Assembly: GCA_963822445.1 (NCBI GenBank)
Contig: CAWGHO010000002.1
Span: 1,376,001 to 1,440,000 of the forward strand
Reading direction: 5' to 3'
Length of the DNA: 64,000 nucleotides
Source of the DNA: an uncultured Acidobacteriota bacterium
GTDB taxonomy: Bacteria; Acidobacteriota; Thermoanaerobaculia; Gp7-AA8
Numbering within the stretch: the first letter of the stretch is position 1; each line of letters opens with the position of its first letter. The notes under the pieces were generated by a model that worked only from the letters and a program-made list of their open reading frames with translations, was not told the DNA's origin and ran no database searches. Shown one piece after another: positions 59,556 to 64,000 of the stretch. The position numbers and the translations under genes are program-made.

Positions 59556-62500
59556 ACAGGCGCTTTTCGAGCGAATCAGCACGGCCTTTCTCTGGATCGC
59601 GGCGTTCTGCCTGGCGACCGGCGTCTTCTTTTCGCTCACGCTGCTCTTCAAATACCTGCCGCCGACGGACCCCGTGGCCATCGGCGCGGTCACCATCCAG
59701 CGCTACGCGAAAATCCGCGACTACCTCGGCGCGGCGCTCTTCTTTCTGACTGTTCCGCCGCTGACCATCTGGCTTCGTGGCGTCCTCGGTCGCTACGCGA
59801 AGAAGCAACACTCCGCCGCGGCCCGGCTGCTCTTCACGGTCCCGTACTTTTTCGTTCCGCTGTTCTATCTGACCACCGGCAAGATCGGCTGGATCCTTCT
59901 GCTGCCGATCGTGCTGTCCTTCGCGCTGCCGCAACTGCTGCGATTCGTGCAGACCCGGCGCTGGGTGCGGGCGATCTTCCGGCGCGAGCTCGGCGCGTAC
60001 CACGCGCTCGTTTTCGCGGCAGGACTGGCGTGGATTCTCTTCCGCTACCTGGTTACGCAACGGCGGATCGCGCATTACCCGACGTTGTTTCTGGAAGTCG
60101 TGTTTGTCGCGCTGTTCCTGGCGCTTTTCTGGACGGCGGCGCTGCTGATCGCGCGGCTCGTCGAGATTCAGTTCGCGCGGCCGGTCGAAGAGACGTTCAA
60201 GCGGATCGCTGTCGGTGCGCTGCCGTTGATCGCGCTGCCGTTCATCGCGGTGATGGGCGTGCCGATCATGCATCCGCGAACGATCACCACGTCGCTGGTG
60301 ATCCTGTCCGCGATCATCGCCTGGCGTTTGGGGCGGCCGATGTCCGCGCGCGCCGCGTGGAATCTCAGCGCGTTTCTGATTCTGCCGGCGCTGATCTACC
60401 TGGTCAGTTACGCGTCGACCGCGCAGCTTTCGCAGTGGATCGATCTCTTTCATCGCGGCGAGTCGATCGGTCCGGCCAGCGATTACCTCCGCGGCAAGGT
60501 TCCCTTTCGCGACGTTTTCGCGTTGCACGGCATGCTCGAGGATGGGCAGCTCGACGCCTGGCTGATGCAGATCTTCGGACGCTCGCTCGACGTCGCCATC
60601 GCCCGCACAGTCATCATCGGAGCCTTTCTCGGCGTCTCGATCTGGTTCCTCGGCGTGGTCGTCTTTGAATCGATTCCGCTCGCTCTGGTTTGCGTGGCGA
60701 TGGGTGCGTGGACGACCGCGGAAAACAACCGCACCTTCTTCCAGGTGGCCGCGGTCGCGCTGTTCTGGAATGCGCTGCGGCGACGGAGCCGCGTGTCCGC
60801 GATCTTCAGCGGAGTTTTCGCCGGTGTCGCGGTCTTCTTCAGCTACGAGATCGGGCTGTACACGATCGCGGCTGCCTTCGCGTCGGCGCTGCTGCTGTTC
60901 TTCGCCTCGAAACGCGTCGAATGGACCGGTCTCGCGCCGTCGCAGGCCGCGCTGTTCTTCTCCATCGGCGTCCTTCTCGGCGCGGCGCCGTTCGCGATCT
61001 ACCTCGCCGTGAACGGCGCACTCGACGACTTCTTCGTTGTCTCGTTTGTGACGATCCCGCGGATCATCGACGCGGTCTGGTCGCTGCCGTTCCCCGATCT
61101 GGTCTCGACGTTCCGCGGCGATTTCAATCTGCACAACGTCGCCGAGTTCGTGCTGTTCGAGAAGTTCCATCTCATCGTCAGCCCGCTGGTCATCGCCATC
61201 TCCGCGATCTACTTCATCGCCCGCTGGCTGAAGCGGCGCACGGACATGCTCGATTACGCGCTGCTGGTGATGACGGTCTTCGCGACGATCGCGCAACGGA
61301 CCGCGTTCGGACGCGCGTCGTTCCGCCATCAGTACTTCGCGGCGTTTCTCATCGGTCCGATGCTCGTTTTGCTGGCGGTGGTGCTGATTCGCAATCTGCG
61401 CAGCGTGTGGCGCGATGGCGATCACGGAACGCGCGCGTTTCTGACGGCGATCGGCGTCGGCGCTATTCCGCTGCTGGCGGTTCTCTTCTGGATCCCGGAC
61501 CTCATCAACGCCCGGCTCGATGAGCTGATCGGCTACAACTCGCGGGTGATGCGCGTCCATCGCGATCCGCACGCCGAGGAGGTGGGGTGGCGAATTCACG
61601 ATGTGTCGGCGGCGATCGGCGAGCTGACGAGGAAGAACGAGCCGTTCTTCGATTTCTCGAATCAGCCCGCGTTCTACTTCTTCGCGAATCGACCGAATCC
61701 CACGCGTTTCTACCAGGTGCCGATCCTGTCGCCGCGCGAGTTTCAGGCGGAGACCATTCGCGCGCTGGAGAAGGCGCGGCCGAAACTCATTCTGCGGCGC
61801 TCGCCGGAGCAGTTCGATCAGTTCGATGGCGTAACCAACGATCTGCGCGCGCAGGCGGTGTCGGCGTACATCGACGACGCGTACCGCTTCGATCGTTCCC
61901 TGCGCGGCGTGGAGCTGTGGTCGCGAAGGCGCGACGCGAAACCGCGTGCTGTTGCCGACTACCTGCGCCTGATTCGGCTTCCCGATCAGAAGGAGATGGT
62001 GAACAGCGGCCTGCAGCGCATGGTCTTTCCCGCCGTCGGCAGTCTCGAGGGCATCGGCGGCTCGTACTGGCAGTCCGATCTCACGATGCACAACCCGCTG
62101 CGGACGCCGATCCCGTTGCGCTTGCGTTATGTCGCCGGCGAGGTCAGCGTCGATCGCCGCTTGACGCTGTCGCCGCGGCAAACGGTCAGCCTGCCCAATG
62201 TCGTGCGGACGTTCTTCGGCGCGAGCGGTGCGGTGGGAACGCTCTGGATCGAACATCGCGAAGGTCTTGCGCCGGTCGCGGTGGTGAAGACGGCCGACGT
62301 CGCCCACGGCGGACGCGCGTCGGTCGAGCAACCGCTCACGCGGCGCGATTCAGCGACCGCGGCGACGGAAAGCGCGGAACTGGCGATCGTCGGAATCGCC
62401 ACCGCGCCGCCGACAGGACGGCGCGTGAACATCGGCGTGGTCAACATCGGAACGATCCCCGCGACCTTCCGCGTCTCCGTCCGCGACCGCCACGGCCGCG

Positions 62501-62706
62501 TCCTCGGCAAGAGCGTCGAGTCCGGGGTGCCCGAGGGGCAGGTGTGGTTCGTCAATGGCGTGGAGGATCAGGTCAAGGTGAAGCTCGACCAGACGATGAC
62601 CGTGCGGGTGACGGTGATTGCCGGAACGGGCGTCGGATTCGCGACGGTGATCGATGCCCGCGGCGATTCGGAGTTCATCGCCGCGATTCCGACGCAGCAG
62701 GAGTAG
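59548..62706 (+). CDS. Large polytopic membrane protein (GT-C-glycosyltransferase-like) with C-terminal extracellular domain
   Basis: Many TMs; loop DLFHRGESIGPASDYLRGKVPFRDVFALHG; FYFFANRPNPTRF; start GTG 59548 or ATG 59527. Confidence 0.7.
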   Translation: MRKQALFERISTAFLWIAAFCLATGVFFSLTLLFKYLPPTDPVAIGAVTIQRYAKIRDYLGAALFFLTVPPLTIWLRGVLGRYAKKQHSAAARLLFTVPYFFVPLFYLTTGKIGWILLLPIVLSFALPQLLRFVQTRRWVRAIFRRELGAYHALVFAAGLAWILFRYLVTQRRIAHYPTLFLEVVFVALFLALFWTAALLIARLVEIQFARPVEETFKRIAVGALPLIALPFIAVMGVPIMHPRTITTSLVILSAIIAWRLGRPMSARAAWNLSAFLILPALIYLVSYASTAQLSQWIDLFHRGESIGPASDYLRGKVPFRDVFALHGMLEDGQLDAWLMQIFGRSLDVAIARTVIIGAFLGVSIWFLGVVVFESIPLALVCVAMGAWTTAENNRTFFQVAAVALFWNALRRRSRVSAIFSGVFAGVAVFFSYEIGLYTIAAAFASALLLFFASKRVEWTGLAPSQAALFFSIGVLLGAAPFAIYLAVNGALDDFFVVSFVTIPRIIDAVWSLPFPDLVSTFRGDFNLHNVAEFVLFEKFHLIVSPLVIAISAIYFIARWLKRRTDMLDYALLVMTVFATIAQRTAFGRASFRHQYFAAFLIGPMLVLLAVVLIRNLRSVWRDGDHGTRAFLTAIGVGAIPLLAVLFWIPDLINARLDELIGYNSRVMRVHRDPHAEEVGWRIHDVSAAIGELTRKNEPFFDFSNQPAFYFFANRPNPTRFYQVPILSPREFQAETIRALEKARPKLILRRSPEQFDQFDGVTNDLRAQAVSAYIDDAYRFDRSLRGVELWSRRRDAKPRAVADYLRLIRLPDQKEMVNSGLQRMVFPAVGSLEGIGGSYWQSDLTMHNPLRTPIPLRLRYVAGEVSVDRRLTLSPRQTVSLPNVVRTFFGASGAVGTLWIEHREGLAPVAVVKTADVAHGGRASVEQPLTRRDSATAATESAELAIVGIATAPPTGRRVNIGVVNIGTIPATFRVSVRDRHGRVLGKSVESGVPEGQVWFVNGVEDQVKVKLDQTMTVRVTVIAGTGVGFATVIDARGDSEFIAAIPTQQE

Positions 62707-62709
62707 TGC

Positions 62710-63555
62710 TCAGGCCTTCCACTTCGCGAGCAACGCCTTCGCATCCTCCACCGCCGCCGCCTCCTCCGTCACGAACTCGGGATTGTTCGGCGTCGAGACG
62801 ACTTTGCGCAGCATCTGCACGGCCTGCGGTTTCGTCTTCGCGTCGTGCGAGACCATCGCTTCGGCGAGAAAGACCATGGTGATCTTGCTGGTCGGGTCGA
62901 TCTTCAGCGACTCGTTGAGAAAGCGCACGGCCTCTTTCGATGAGGCCCAGCCGGTGATGAAGGGAATGCGCGGCGTCTGATCGTGGAGGCGGCCGAGGAC
63001 GCGGCCTGGAGCCCCGCCTTCGAGGCGTGGGTCGACGAGGAGAGCGATGGTCGCCCCGCGGCGGATACTGTCCGCGGCTCCTTCGCGTGCCGCGGCCATC
63101 TTTCCATACGAGAGCGCCCATTCGCCCCAGTTGATGGCGTCCCAGAGGAAGACGTCCGCTGCGCCGGGAATCGCGCGTGCGGCTGCCGCGGCCTGCTTTT
63201 CGTTCAACTTCGCGGTGATGCCTTTCGCGGCGAGCACCGCCAGCGCCTTCTGTCCCGCGGTTTTCGCGACGCTGTAGATCTTCTTCTTCTCGTCGGCCGA
63301 TTTGGCGATGTACGCGCCTTTGAAGCGATACGCGCGCAGCAGCCGCGCGTGCGCGACGACGTCGTTCGGGCTCTGCGCGACCGCGCGCTGGTAAGCCGCG
63401 ATCGCGGCATCAACACGGGCCGGACCGTCGTGGCGCGCCGCCCACTGCGCATCGCCGTCCGCGAGCTGTGCGAACGCCGGAAGTGCCGCGAACAGAGCGA
63501 GAAAGAACCAGGCACGGGCGTTGAACGGACAGGAAGACATGAAACGGCTGGTCAT
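62710..63555 (-). CDS. Secreted TPR-like helical protein
   Basis: Signal WFFLALFAALPAFA; helical repeats (AAIAAYQRAV, RVLGRLH, FLAEAM). Confidence 0.75.
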   Translation of the reverse strand: MTSRFMSSCPFNARAWFFLALFAALPAFAQLADGDAQWAARHDGPARVDAAIAAYQRAVAQSPNDVVAHARLLRAYRFKGAYIAKSADEKKKIYSVAKTAGQKALAVLAAKGITAKLNEKQAAAAARAIPGAADVFLWDAINWGEWALSYGKMAAAREGAADSIRRGATIALLVDPRLEGGAPGRVLGRLHDQTPRIPFITGWASSKEAVRFLNESLKIDPTSKITMVFLAEAMVSHDAKTKPQAVQMLRKVVSTPNNPEFVTEEAAAVEDAKALLAKWKA

Positions 63556-63823
63556 GATCGCGATTATCGCCGCTCTCGCCGGATGCCGCGGGGAGCCGGT
63601 CCCTCGCGATTACCAGAACGCACCGCCGGCGATGACCCATCCGCCCGACAACAAAGCGCAGTCGCCTGCCCAGCACGGGATGGGAGAGGCGACTCCGGAG
63701 ACGTCGTCGGGTGCGGAAGGACCGTCATCGACGGGCCAGCCGATTACGCCGTCGGCGACGGGAACGACCGCGACGTCATCGACGAGCGTGCAGAACACGC
63801 CGCCGGTCTCCACTACGACGTAG
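63539..63823 (+). CDS. Small Thr/Ser/Pro-rich lipoprotein
   Basis: MKRLVMIAIIAALAGC lipobox; AGGA upstream. Confidence 0.75.
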   Translation: MKRLVMIAIIAALAGCRGEPVPRDYQNAPPAMTHPPDNKAQSPAQHGMGEATPETSSGAEGPSSTGQPITPSATGTTATSSTSVQNTPPVSTTT

Positions 63824-63928
63824 TCGTTAGTGGTTAGTGATTAGTCGTTAGTAGGCCGCCGCCCGTCCACGTTAGTAGACTCCGCGCGCTTCTAACTACT
63901 AACGACTAATCACTAACCACTAACGACT
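63822..63928. repeat. Inverted heptamer-array hairpin (TAGTSRT)n...(AYSACTA)n
   Basis: 33-bp perfect inverted repeat, 63822-63854 and 63896-63928. Confidence 0.92.
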
Positions 63929-63934
63929 GATCCA

Positions 63935-64000
63935 ATGCGCGTCGCCTTCTTCGGCACTCCCGACTTCGCCGTTCCCATACTCGAGGCGCTCGCGCGTCAT
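63935..64000 (+). CDS. fmt: Methionyl-tRNA formyltransferase, 5' part
   Basis: MRVAFFGTPDFAVPILEALARH. Confidence 0.9.
   Translation, partial: MRVAFFGTPDFAVPILEALARH

Overview
High-GC (~67% by eye) chromosomal window from a diderm bacterium; gene content and lineage-typical secreted proteins suggest Acidobacteriota, possibly Thermoanaerobaculia (inference). Housekeeping blocks: mglB(5' part)-recR-ybaB-dnaX-ffs-tRNA-Ser x2-tadA-tRNA-Arg; tRNA-Pro/tRNA-Arg; waaA-lpxK/lpxL fusion-waaF; hflX-GNAT-ccsA-hemA-hemC-cobA/hemD; fmt(5' part). Accessory loci: (i) an ECF sigma / zf-HC2 anti-sigma / unknown protein / secreted TPR-CHAT protease module, (ii) a six-gene transporter operon behind a YtrA-type operator that combines ABC and RND parts and ends in an RND-like permease fused to an intact ABC ATPase, (iii) Ku plus a stand-alone LigD phosphoesterase, (iv) sensor kinases, a sigma54 activator and secreted peptidases. 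At non-gene level there are eight hairpin elements built from inverted arrays of 7- or 8-nt tandem repeats with different unit sequences (one encodes a lipoprotein signal peptide), a REP-like doublet, several sigma54-like promoters (one ahead of a candidate sRNA, one ahead of an unannotated 35-aa membrane peptide) and many near-leaderless -10 boxes. No integrase, transposase or CRISPR array was seen.
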